A stretch of 64,000 nucleotides of DNA from an uncultured Clostridia bacterium (GTDB lineage Bacteria > Bacillota > Clostridia > Oscillospirales > CAG-272): NCBI GenBank assembly GCA_945929845.1, contig CAMEON010000001.1, forward strand, positions 8,060 to 72,059, in the 5' to 3' direction. Below, piece after piece: positions 7,318 to 15,384 of this stretch; within the stretch, counting starts at the first letter, position 1, and every line of letters begins with the position of its first letter. A program made the translations under genes and the position numbers. Below the pieces are notes generated by a model. It was not told the DNA's origin, did no database searches, and saw only the letters and a list, made by a program, of their open reading frames with translations.

Positions 7318-8820
7318 ATGGCAGAGAAAAATACCGCTGACATCGGGTTCGAAAAGCAAATATGGGATGCTGCCTGCGTTCTCCGTGGCAACATGGATGC
7401 ATCTGAGTATAAAAATGTGGTTTTGGGCCTGATTTTTCTGAAATATATATCAGATCGCTTTGATGAGAAACATAGGGAATTGGTTGCCGAAGGCGATGGT
7501 TTCGAAGAAGATATTGATGAGTATACATCCGAAGGAATCTTTTTCGTTCCTGCTGGTGCGAGGTGGAACGAGATTTCGGCTAAGGCGCATACACCGGAAA
7601 TTGGCACTGTCATCGATGATGCCATGCGGGCCATTGAGAAAGAAAATAAGCGTCTTAAGGATATTCTTCCCAAAAATTTTGCACGTCCTGAGTTGGACAA
7701 GCGCCGCCTGGGTGATGTTGTGGATCTATTCACCAATATCCAGATGATCGAACATGGAAGCGAGAAGGACATCTTAGGCCGTACCTACGAGTATTGCCTT
7801 TCTATGTTTGCGGAGCAGGAAGGCAAGCGTGGCGGTGAATTTTTCACGCCTTCTTGCGTTGTACGAACGCTCGTTGAAGTGCTCCAGCCATTTAAGGGAC
7901 GTGTATACGATCCTTGCTGTGGATCCGGTGGCATGTTCGTGCAGTCGGCAAAATTTGTAGAAAACCACAGCGGAAACATCAGCAATATTTCCATCTATGG
8001 TCAGGACTCCAATCCAACTACATGGAAGATGGCGCAGATGAATCTGGCGATCCGAGGGATCGAACCAGATCTTGGTGCGTATGCGGCAGATACGTTTCTT
8101 GAGGACCAGCATCCGACCATGCGCGCAGATTACATTATGGCCAATCCCCCTTTTAATCTCTCGGACTGGGGTGCGGACAAATTAAAGGATGATGTTCGCT
8201 GGCAATACGGTATGCCTCCGGCAGGCAATGCCAACTTTGCATGGTTGCAGCACATGATTTATCACCTAGCTCCTGCCGGGAAAATTGGAATGGTGCTTGC
8301 CAACGGTTCCCTCTCCTCCCAATCTGGCGGCGAAGGTGAAATTCGGAAAAACATCATCAACGCGGATCTGGTGGAGTGTATTGTGGCCATGCCGACGCAG
8401 TTGTTTTACACCACCCAGATTCCGGTTTCTCTGTGGTTCCTGAACAAGCAGAAAAAGCAGCCGGGTAAGACTTTATTTATTGACGCGCGGAAGCTGGGAA
8501 CAATGGTGAGCCGCAAGCTGCGTGAGTTGACGGATGAGGACATTGCAAAAATTGCCGATACCTACAAAACGTATGTTGCAGGCAACCTTGAGAATCAAAG
8601 AGGATTCTGCGCGGTTGTCACCACGCAGGACATAGCCAAGCAGGACTATATTCTCACGCCGGGCCGCTATGTTGGTATCGAGGATCAGGAAGATGACGGA
8701 GAACCTTTTGAAGAAAAAATGAGCCGCTTGACCGCTGAGCTTTCTGAACTCTTTGCAAAGTCTCATGAACTTGAGGCTGAAATCAAGGAGAGACTGGGGG
8801 CGATTGGGTATGACATCTAA
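7318..8820 (+). CDS. hsdM: Type I restriction-modification system, DNA methyltransferase subunit M
   Basis: ORF track 7312..8820. ATG 7318 has better SD spacing (GGAGG at 7304-7308). The HsdM N-terminus is FEKQIWDAACVLRGNMDASEYKNVVLGLIFLKYISD. The SAM motif is DPCCGSGGMF and the catalytic motif is NPPF. Confidence 0.95.
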   Translation: MAEKNTADIGFEKQIWDAACVLRGNMDASEYKNVVLGLIFLKYISDRFDEKHRELVAEGDGFEEDIDEYTSEGIFFVPAGARWNEISAKAHTPEIGTVIDDAMRAIEKENKRLKDILPKNFARPELDKRRLGDVVDLFTNIQMIEHGSEKDILGRTYEYCLSMFAEQEGKRGGEFFTPSCVVRTLVEVLQPFKGRVYDPCCGSGGMFVQSAKFVENHSGNISNISIYGQDSNPTTWKMAQMNLAIRGIEPDLGAYAADTFLEDQHPTMRADYIMANPPFNLSDWGADKLKDDVRWQYGMPPAGNANFAWLQHMIYHLAPAGKIGMVLANGSLSSQSGGEGEIRKNIINADLVECIVAMPTQLFYTTQIPVSLWFLNKQKKQPGKTLFIDARKLGTMVSRKLRELTDEDIAKIADTYKTYVAGNLENQRGFCAVVTTQDIAKQDYILTPGRYVGIEDQEDDGEPFEEKMSRLTAELSELFAKSHELEAEIKERLGAIGYDI

Positions 8821-9997
8821 ATGGCATGAAGTTCCTCTTCGAGATTTAGTGGGATATATTTCTAAAGGCATTGCTCCTTCGTATGCTGATGATGAAACAG
8901 ATACAACCATTAGAGTCCTCAATCAAAAGTGCAATAGAAATTATCAGATAAGTTATTCTGAGTCAAGGCTACATGACACAGCAAAAAAGAAAGTTCCTGC
9001 TGAACGATATGTTAAAAGAGATGACATTCTCATTAACTCAACCGGAGCAGGAACAGCCGGGCGCATCGCGCAGATTGGGGCCGTCCCTTGCGATACAACC
9101 GTTGATGGTCACATGATTATTCTCCGTGCAAACGAAAAGGTTATGCAACGGTATCTCGGATATGCCCTCAAAGCCCATCAACGGGAAGTTTTACAGTTAG
9201 ATGAAGGCTCTACCGGACAAACCGAGTTAAACAGAGAAAGATTGCTTGACGAGATCAGAATTTGCTATCCAGAGTCTTTTTCTGAGCAAGAAGAGATTGT
9301 GCTGATGCTTGAAAGCATAGACCACAAAACGCTTATCAACAAGAAGATAAACGATAATTTACAGCAGCAAGCATTCGCTCTGTTTGACAAGCTCATGATT
9401 GACGCTGACAATGATGAATGTACGGTATCTGATTATGCGTATCTCAATCCGAAGCGAGTATTGGCAAAGAATCAGATTGCCCGAAGTATTGACATGAGTC
9501 AATTATCAACAAGCGGAGCATTCCCTTTGGGATGGGATATAAAACCATTTAACGGAGGAATGCGTTTTGCCAATGGTGATACCCTTTTAGCACGTATTAC
9601 CCCATGTCTTGAAAACGGCAAGACTGCCTTCGTTGACTTTCTTGATAAAGACGAGGTTGCGTTTGGCTCGACAGAGTATATTGTTCTTGCACCCAGAAAT
9701 GGTGTACCACCTGAGATGCTGTACTGTCTGGCTCGTTACCCTGCATTTGTCGATTACGCAGTCAAAAACATGAATGGTAGCAGCGGAAGACAGCGTGTTT
9801 CTGCTGAAACAATAGGACAATTCCATCTTCCGAAATTTGTTAAACAAAGCCTATCGGCATTTAGAGAAGCGGTAACACCAATGTTCTTAAAAATGCGTTA
9901 TAACTCTCTTGAAAACATGAGGTTGGCCGAACTGCGCGATGCGCTCTTGCCCAAGCTCATGTCAGGTGAGATTGATGTCTCTGACATCCAGCTCTAA
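8810..9997 (+). CDS. hsdS: Type I R-M specificity subunit S (full length: TRD1 - central repeat - TRD2 - C-terminal repeat)
   Basis: ATG 8810 overlaps the hsdM stop. There are two target-recognition domains, separated by ...INKKINDNLQQQAFALFDKLM... and ending ...LRDALLPKLMSGEIDVSDIQL. Confidence 0.9.
   Translation: MTSKWHEVPLRDLVGYISKGIAPSYADDETDTTIRVLNQKCNRNYQISYSESRLHDTAKKKVPAERYVKRDDILINSTGAGTAGRIAQIGAVPCDTTVDGHMIILRANEKVMQRYLGYALKAHQREVLQLDEGSTGQTELNRERLLDEIRICYPESFSEQEEIVLMLESIDHKTLINKKINDNLQQQAFALFDKLMIDADNDECTVSDYAYLNPKRVLAKNQIARSIDMSQLSTSGAFPLGWDIKPFNGGMRFANGDTLLARITPCLENGKTAFVDFLDKDEVAFGSTEYIVLAPRNGVPPEMLYCLARYPAFVDYAVKNMNGSSGRQRVSAETIGQFHLPKFVKQSLSAFREAVTPMFLKMRYNSLENMRLAELRDALLPKLMSGEIDVSDIQL
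9347..9361 (+). repeat. Shufflon core repeat R1 (ATAAACGATAATTTA) inside the hsdS central conserved region
   Basis: Read directly. The same 15-mer recurs at 11577-11591 and, inverted, at 12221-12235. A 14/15 inverted match lies at 10002-10016. Confidence 0.85.
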
Positions 9998-10016
9998 GCC
10001 GCTAAATTATCGTTTA
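9994..10016 (-). repeat. Shufflon repeat R2 (inverted), starting at the hsdS stop
   Basis: CTAAGCCGCTAAATTATCGTTTA is the exact reverse complement of 11578-11600 (23 nt). Confidence 0.85.
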
Positions 10017-10107
10017 CCGCTTTAATAACTCTCACCAGTGGCGAGAGTTCTACCAAAGGAACTGCCACTGATTGTCGTTCTCTTAATCTACACGAAGGAG
10101 ATACGAC

Positions 10108-11091
10108 ATGAACGAAGAAATCATTCAAGAGATAGTGCGTAAAATGCTGCCTCATCTCAACAACGAACAGCTCAAAAAGCTGAAAAATGTGCTGGAGGAC
10201 ACGCTCCACGGCTTTACTGTACTTTCAAGCGAAGATGCACCGAAGCCAAAAGAGCGAGATGCGGTTGATGCTTTTATCGTTGCAAAACGCATTGAAGGAT
10301 GTTCCGAGAAGACCCTGACCTATTACCGAAAGACTATAGAGGCGATGATCTCCGGTATTGGAAAAACACCGCAGCAAATCACAACAGATGATCTCCGCAA
10401 GTACTTGACGAGCTATCAGGTCCAACGGAAATCCAGCAAAGTCACGATTGATAACATCCGCCGCATTCTGTCTAGTTTCTTCTCTTGGCTGGAAGACGAA
10501 GACTTTATTGTGAAAAGTCCGGTTCGCCGGATTCACAAAGTCAAAACAGCTAAGGTTATCAAGGACACTTATACGGATGAGGCGTTGGAGCAGATGAGGG
10601 ATAGCTGCACTACGGCAAGAGATTTGGCTATTATTGATCTTCTCGCGTCCTCTGGGATACGTGTTGGCGAGATGGTTATGCTAAACAGAGATGATATCAA
10701 CTTCATTGAGCGGGAATGCGTCGTCTTTGGTAAAGGGAATAAGGAACGGCTTGTCTATTTCGATGCCAGGACGAAAATTCACTTGCAGAACTATCTTGAA
10801 AGTCGCACAGATGACAACCCCGCCTTATTCGTCTCGCTTAAAGCCCCCTATGAACGCTTGATGATTGGTGGCGTGGAGACCAGACTCCGAGAACTCGGAA
10901 AACGCTTGAACCTCCCGAAGGTCCATCCGCACAAGTTCCGCCGGACGCTGGCTACATCAGCCATAGACAAAGGAATGCCCATAGAACAAGTCCAGCAGCT
11001 CTTGGGGCATCAGAAGATCGACACCACCATGCACTATGCGATGGTGAAACAACAGAATGTGAAGCTGGCGCACAGAAAATACATCGGATAG
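10108..11091 (+). CDS. Tyrosine site-specific recombinase (hsdS shufflon invertase)
   Basis: 327-aa ORF with SD GAAGGAG. It carries phage-integrase family motifs: ...HPHKFRRTLAT... and LLGHQKIDTTMHY (catalytic Tyr). It is flanked by the inverted repeats R2 and R3. Confidence 0.9.
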   Translation: MNEEIIQEIVRKMLPHLNNEQLKKLKNVLEDTLHGFTVLSSEDAPKPKERDAVDAFIVAKRIEGCSEKTLTYYRKTIEAMISGIGKTPQQITTDDLRKYLTSYQVQRKSSKVTIDNIRRILSSFFSWLEDEDFIVKSPVRRIHKVKTAKVIKDTYTDEALEQMRDSCTTARDLAIIDLLASSGIRVGEMVMLNRDDINFIERECVVFGKGNKERLVYFDARTKIHLQNYLESRTDDNPALFVSLKAPYERLMIGGVETRLRELGKRLNLPKVHPHKFRRTLATSAIDKGMPIEQVQQLLGHQKIDTTMHYAMVKQQNVKLAHRKYIG

Positions 11092-11102
11092 GAGTGCAAA
11101 AC

Positions 11103-11600
11103 ATGGAACTTAAAGAATACCGGTTTGATGAAGTAACCATTAACTTTGATAAGAAGAGAGTTCCACTTTCTGGCGCACAGCGCGAAAAAAGGAAAGGAAA
11201 ATATCGCTATTACGGAGCGCAGGGCGTAATTGATCATATTGATGATTTCATCTTTGACGGTACTTATCTTCTGATTGCCGAAGATGGTGAAAACCTAAAA
11301 TCGAAAAAACAAAACATAGCTCAAGTCGTTGAAGGGCAATTCTGGGTAAATAACCATGCTCACATTGTTCAGGGCAACGAACTATGTGATACTCGGTATC
11401 TAAGCTATTTATTAAACAGCATAGACTTGTCTGGCTATGTTACCGGATCGGCACAACCGAAATTGAGCCAAGCTAATTTGAATGCGGTCACGCTATTTTT
11501 GCCGCCTATCTTCATTCAGAAGAAGATTGTAGATTATCTGTATCTGTTTGACAAGAAGATTGCCGTTAATCAACAGATAAACGATAATTTAGCGGCTTAG
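11103..11600 (+). CDS. hsdS: Half-size HsdS (single TRD, TRD1-type) ending in the central repeat plus AA-stop
   Basis: ORF track 11094..11600. ATG 11103 lies 8 nt after AGGAG and 12 nt after the recombinase stop. The TRD-like sequence ends ...KKIAVNQQINDNLAA*. Confidence 0.75.
   Translation: MELKEYRFDEVTINFDKKRVPLSGAQREKRKGKYRYYGAQGVIDHIDDFIFDGTYLLIAEDGENLKSKKQNIAQVVEGQFWVNNHAHIVQGNELCDTRYLSYLLNSIDLSGYVTGSAQPKLSQANLNAVTLFLPPIFIQKKIVDYLYLFDKKIAVNQQINDNLAA
11577..11600 (+). repeat. Shufflon repeat R3
   Basis: ATAAACGATAATTTAGCGGCTTAG. It shares 23 nt with R2 (inverted) and 17 nt with R4 (inverted). Confidence 0.85.
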
Positions 11601-12238
11601 AATTTGACCTCAGAAACGTCAAGTTCACCAGACATCAGCTTAGGCAAAAGTGCGTCCCTTACTGCGGATAGCCTCTTGTTCTCGCCTCTATTGGAATGGA
11701 TTTGCATTAGAATGTGAAAGGCAAGAGCGTTAAACTCTTCCAGTTCCTCGTCGGATGGGAGTGCAACTGGATATGTCATGATCTGCTGCTTATCTCCACG
11801 GGGCATTTTTGTCCCTTTTGATCCAGCAACCATGAAGGCGAAGAATTTGTCGGCATATAGCGTACTGAATAGGTATGCCGCATATCGCGGTTGAGCTGGT
11901 GTGAAGCAAAGAACATCGGTTGAGCAGCCGCATTCGCCCTCACAGTAGACAATTTTTTTGAAGTAAGGACGAATATTGGAAATCAAGGTATCTCCCTCAT
12001 GACAAGCGGTGGTCTGCGGCGTAGTTGGAAGGCTTGTAGCCTCGGTTGCACCAAACTTTCCCGGTAACATATTCTCCGTTGAGAAGTAAGTGCTGACATC
12101 CAGCTTGGAAACAGCTACTTTATCCTTGGAAAACGAGCATATATCAGAGAGGATTCCCTGATCTGCTGCCGAGATGACATCTCCAAAATGCTCTTGATAT
12201 ACTGTTTGAAGGAGATCAGCTAAATTATCGTTTATCAT
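11597..12238 (-). CDS. hsdS: Silent or alternative hsdS 3' cassette (central repeat - TRD2-type domain - C-terminal repeat) on the opposite strand
   Basis: 213-aa ORF. It begins MINDNLADLL (the central-repeat sequence) and ends ...VRDALLPKLMSGELDVSEVKF*, parallel to the C-terminus of the full hsdS. It overlaps the 11103-11600 ORF tail-to-tail by 4 nt. Confidence 0.75.
   Translation of the reverse strand: MINDNLADLLQTVYQEHFGDVISAADQGILSDICSFSKDKVAVSKLDVSTYFSTENMLPGKFGATEATSLPTTPQTTACHEGDTLISNIRPYFKKIVYCEGECGCSTDVLCFTPAQPRYAAYLFSTLYADKFFAFMVAGSKGTKMPRGDKQQIMTYPVALPSDEELEEFNALAFHILMQIHSNRGENKRLSAVRDALLPKLMSGELDVSEVKF
12219..12235 (-). repeat. Shufflon repeat R4 (inverted)
   Basis: GCTAAATTATCGTTTAT is the reverse complement of ATAAACGATAATTTAGC (matching R3 over 17 nt and R1 over 15 nt). 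Confidence 0.85.
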
Positions 12239-12262
12239 TCATTTTATGAACGGAGGTCGAAT

Positions 12263-15200
12263 ATGCCAAGTTTATTTACAGAGGATACCTACGAGCAAGC
12301 TATCATCGAATTGTTCGAGAATATGGGCTATGAGCACCTCTATGCTCCGGATTTGGATCGGGATTATACCAGTCCTCTTTTGGATGCAGTTCTGCAAGCC
12401 AGCTTGGTGCGCATAAACCGTGGCCTTCCTGCCGAAGCCATTGATGAGGCAATTTCCAAGCTGCGCAATTTCGACACGGGCAGCCTTGTCCAGAAAAACG
12501 CCATCTTCATGGATTACTTACAGAATGGTATCACGGTCAAGTTCTTTGTAAAGGGCGAAGAGCGGTCCTCAATTGTTCGCTTGATTGATTATATGAATGT
12601 GGATCATAATACCTTCTATGCAGTCAATCAATTCACCTATATAGAAAATGGCAATAATCGCCGGCCAGATATCATCCTCTTCATCAACGGTCTTCCGCTG
12701 GTTCTGATGGAACTGAAAAGCCCTTCAAAGGATGAAGTGGGCGCGGAAAATGCATATCATCAGATTCGTAACTATATGCAGGACATCCCGTCTATGTTCT
12801 ACTACAATGCAATCTGTGTGATCAGCGACCTGTCCACCAACAAGGCAGGTACGATCACTTCCGGTTTAGATCGCTTCATGGAGTGGAAAACAAAAGACGG
12901 CAACTACGAGAATACCGCCTATGCCCAGTTCGACACATTTTATGAGGGAATGTTCCAGAAGGAGCGGCTGCTGGATATTCTGAAGAACTTTATTCTCTTC
13001 TCCGGCAGCGGGCAAGGCCGATTTAAGGTTCTGGCGGGTTACCATCAATACTTTGCAGTGCGTAAAGCAATCGAAAAGGCCAAAGTCGCTACGAAAACAG
13101 ATGGGAAAGGCGGCGTATTTTGGCATACACAAGGCAGCGGAAAATCCCTGTCTATGGTTTTCTATGCCCACTTGCTACAGGATGTACTGGATAACCCTAC
13201 AATCGTAGTGATGACGGATCGAATTGATCTGGATGATCAGCTTTATACACAGTTCTCCCAATGTGCGGATTTCCTCCGTCAGACCCCCGTACAGGCAGAG
13301 AGCAAGGAGCATTTGAAATCACTTCTGGATGGGCGCAATGCCAATGGGATCATCTTTACAACCATGTTCAAGTTTGAACGTGGCGAGAAGCCATTGTCCG
13401 AGCGGAGAAATATCGTTGTGATGGCCGATGAAGCGCATCGCGGGCAGTATGGATTCAATGAGAAAATCGTAATGTCTGAAAATGAGTATGGCCAGAAAGA
13501 AGCACATACTGTGATCGGCAACGCCCGGATTATCCACGATGCCCTTCCGAATGCAACCTTTATCGGCTTTACCGGTACGCCCATCTCCGCAAAGGACCGC
13601 AATACCCGTGAGGTTTTTGGCGACTATATTGATATCTATGATATGACCCAAGCTGTAGAGGACGGCGCAACCCGTCCGGTTTATTATGAGAGTCGCGTTG
13701 TCCACCTGAAACTTGACCAGAACACCTTGGCGCTGATTGATTCCACATATGATATTCTTGAGCAGCAATCGGATGCAGTTACCATCGAGAAAAGCAAAAA
13801 GATGCTGGGTCAGATGGAAAGCGTGCTGGGTGCCGATTCTACAATTGAGTCACTGTGCGATGACATTGTAGAACACTATGAAAAATATCGCGCAAACCTG
13901 TTGACCGGAAAGGCCATGATTGTTGCCTATTCCCGCCCCATTGCCATGAAAATTTACCGTAGAATTCTTGAGATTCGACCGACATGGAAAGAGAAAGTCG
14001 GTGTGGTTATGACCAGCGGTAACAACGACCCGGAAGACTGGAAAGAGATTATCGGCACAAAGTCTCACAAGGAAGAGTTGGCGCGCAAATTCAAGGATAA
14101 CAATGATCCGATGAAGATTGCCATTGTTGTCGACATGTGGCTGACAGGCTTTGACGTACCCTCGCTGGCGACAATGTATGTATATAAGCCGATGCATGGG
14201 TACAACCTCATGCAGGCAATCGCCAGAGTCGACCGTGTATTTAAGGACAAAGAAGGTGGCCTCATTGTTGATTACGTTGGTATTGCTTCTGCGTTGAAGT
14301 CTGCAATGAAGGAGTACACCAAGCGGGATCAATCCAAGTACGGCGATATGAATATCGCCAAAGTTGCCTATCCGAAATTTCAAGAGAAGCTTCAGGTTTG
14401 CAAAGATCTTTTGCACGGGTTCGATTTCAGTGGATTTGTTGGCGGTTCGCCTTTGACGATGGCCAAGCTCATCACCGGCGGTGTAAACTTTGTACTGGAT
14501 GCAAAGAAGCCGGAACGAAAAGACTTATTTCTGAAAGAAGCCATGCTCTTAAAGCAATCTCATTCCCTGTGCTCCAGCATGACTACAGACACAGAAAGGC
14601 ATGAAGCAGCCTATATGGAAGCTGTTCGCTCCACAATCATTAAAATAACGTATGGCGGAACAGGAGGCAAAACGCTTTCGCTGAAAGAAATCAACGATCA
14701 AATCAATGAACTACTGAAAGCGGCCGTTCAGAGCGAAGGAGTCATCAGCCTGTTTGACAGCAAAAAAACGGCAGGAGAGAATTTTAGCTTATTTGATCCC
14801 GCAGTACTCGAAGAGATCTCCAAGATGAAGGAGAAGAACATTGCCGTTGAGATCTTGAAAAAGCTGATGGCCGAACAGGTATCTCTGTATAAGCGGACAA
14901 ACGTTGTCCAATCACAGAAACTCTCTGAGAAAATTTCACAGTTGATGAATGCTTATTACAACGGCCTGATTTCTAATGAAGAAGTCATTAAAGAACTTCT
15001 AAAGACCGCTGAGGAAATCTCCAATCTATATAAAAATGGGCAAAAGCTCGGCCTTTCTCAGGAGGAATTAGCATTTTATGACGCTCTCACAAAGCCTGAG
15101 CATATCAAGGATTTTTACCATAACGATGAATTAGTGGCCTTAACAAAGGAACTCACAGAAATGCTCCGTAAAAATCGTACGATCGACTGGCAGAAAAAAG

Positions 15201-15340
15201 AGACAGCCAGGGCAACGATGCGGAAAATGGTCAAACGGCTGTTGAAGAAATACAAGTACCCGCCGGAAGATTACGATTTTGCAATCAACACGGTTATCAG
15301 CCAGTGTGAATTGTGGACAGATAATGCTTCAATGGCATAA
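12263..15340 (+). CDS. hsdR: Type I restriction enzyme, endonuclease/translocase subunit R
   Basis: 1025-aa ORF with SD GGAGG. Walker A is HTQGSGKSLSM and the DEAH box is VVMADEAHRGQYG. The HsdR-type N-terminus is MPSLFTEDTYEQAIIELFENMGYE. Confidence 0.95.
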   Translation: MPSLFTEDTYEQAIIELFENMGYEHLYAPDLDRDYTSPLLDAVLQASLVRINRGLPAEAIDEAISKLRNFDTGSLVQKNAIFMDYLQNGITVKFFVKGEERSSIVRLIDYMNVDHNTFYAVNQFTYIENGNNRRPDIILFINGLPLVLMELKSPSKDEVGAENAYHQIRNYMQDIPSMFYYNAICVISDLSTNKAGTITSGLDRFMEWKTKDGNYENTAYAQFDTFYEGMFQKERLLDILKNFILFSGSGQGRFKVLAGYHQYFAVRKAIEKAKVATKTDGKGGVFWHTQGSGKSLSMVFYAHLLQDVLDNPTIVVMTDRIDLDDQLYTQFSQCADFLRQTPVQAESKEHLKSLLDGRNANGIIFTTMFKFERGEKPLSERRNIVVMADEAHRGQYGFNEKIVMSENEYGQKEAHTVIGNARIIHDALPNATFIGFTGTPISAKDRNTREVFGDYIDIYDMTQAVEDGATRPVYYESRVVHLKLDQNTLALIDSTYDILEQQSDAVTIEKSKKMLGQMESVLGADSTIESLCDDIVEHYEKYRANLLTGKAMIVAYSRPIAMKIYRRILEIRPTWKEKVGVVMTSGNNDPEDWKEIIGTKSHKEELARKFKDNNDPMKIAIVVDMWLTGFDVPSLATMYVYKPMHGYNLMQAIARVDRVFKDKEGGLIVDYVGIASALKSAMKEYTKRDQSKYGDMNIAKVAYPKFQEKLQVCKDLLHGFDFSGFVGGSPLTMAKLITGGVNFVLDAKKPERKDLFLKEAMLLKQSHSLCSSMTTDTERHEAAYMEAVRSTIIKITYGGTGGKTLSLKEINDQINELLKAAVQSEGVISLFDSKKTAGENFSLFDPAVLEEISKMKEKNIAVEILKKLMAEQVSLYKRTNVVQSQKLSEKISQLMNAYYNGLISNEEVIKELLKTAEEISNLYKNGQKLGLSQEELAFYDALTKPEHIKDFYHNDELVALTKELTEMLRKNRTIDWQKKETARATMRKMVKRLLKKYKYPPEDYDFAINTVISQCELWTDNASMA

Positions 15341-15384
15341 TCGGGGCTATCAGGTTGACGAAGAATACCAAGGAGAGATAGAAT

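Noticed and set aside
10108-11091. Tyrosine recombinase considered as the integrase of the phage-like element
   Set aside because: It is bracketed by the hsdS inverted repeats and followed within 12 nt by an hsdS fragment. That is the arrangement of shufflon invertases, not of att-proximal integrases. The element's integrase is probably outside the window.
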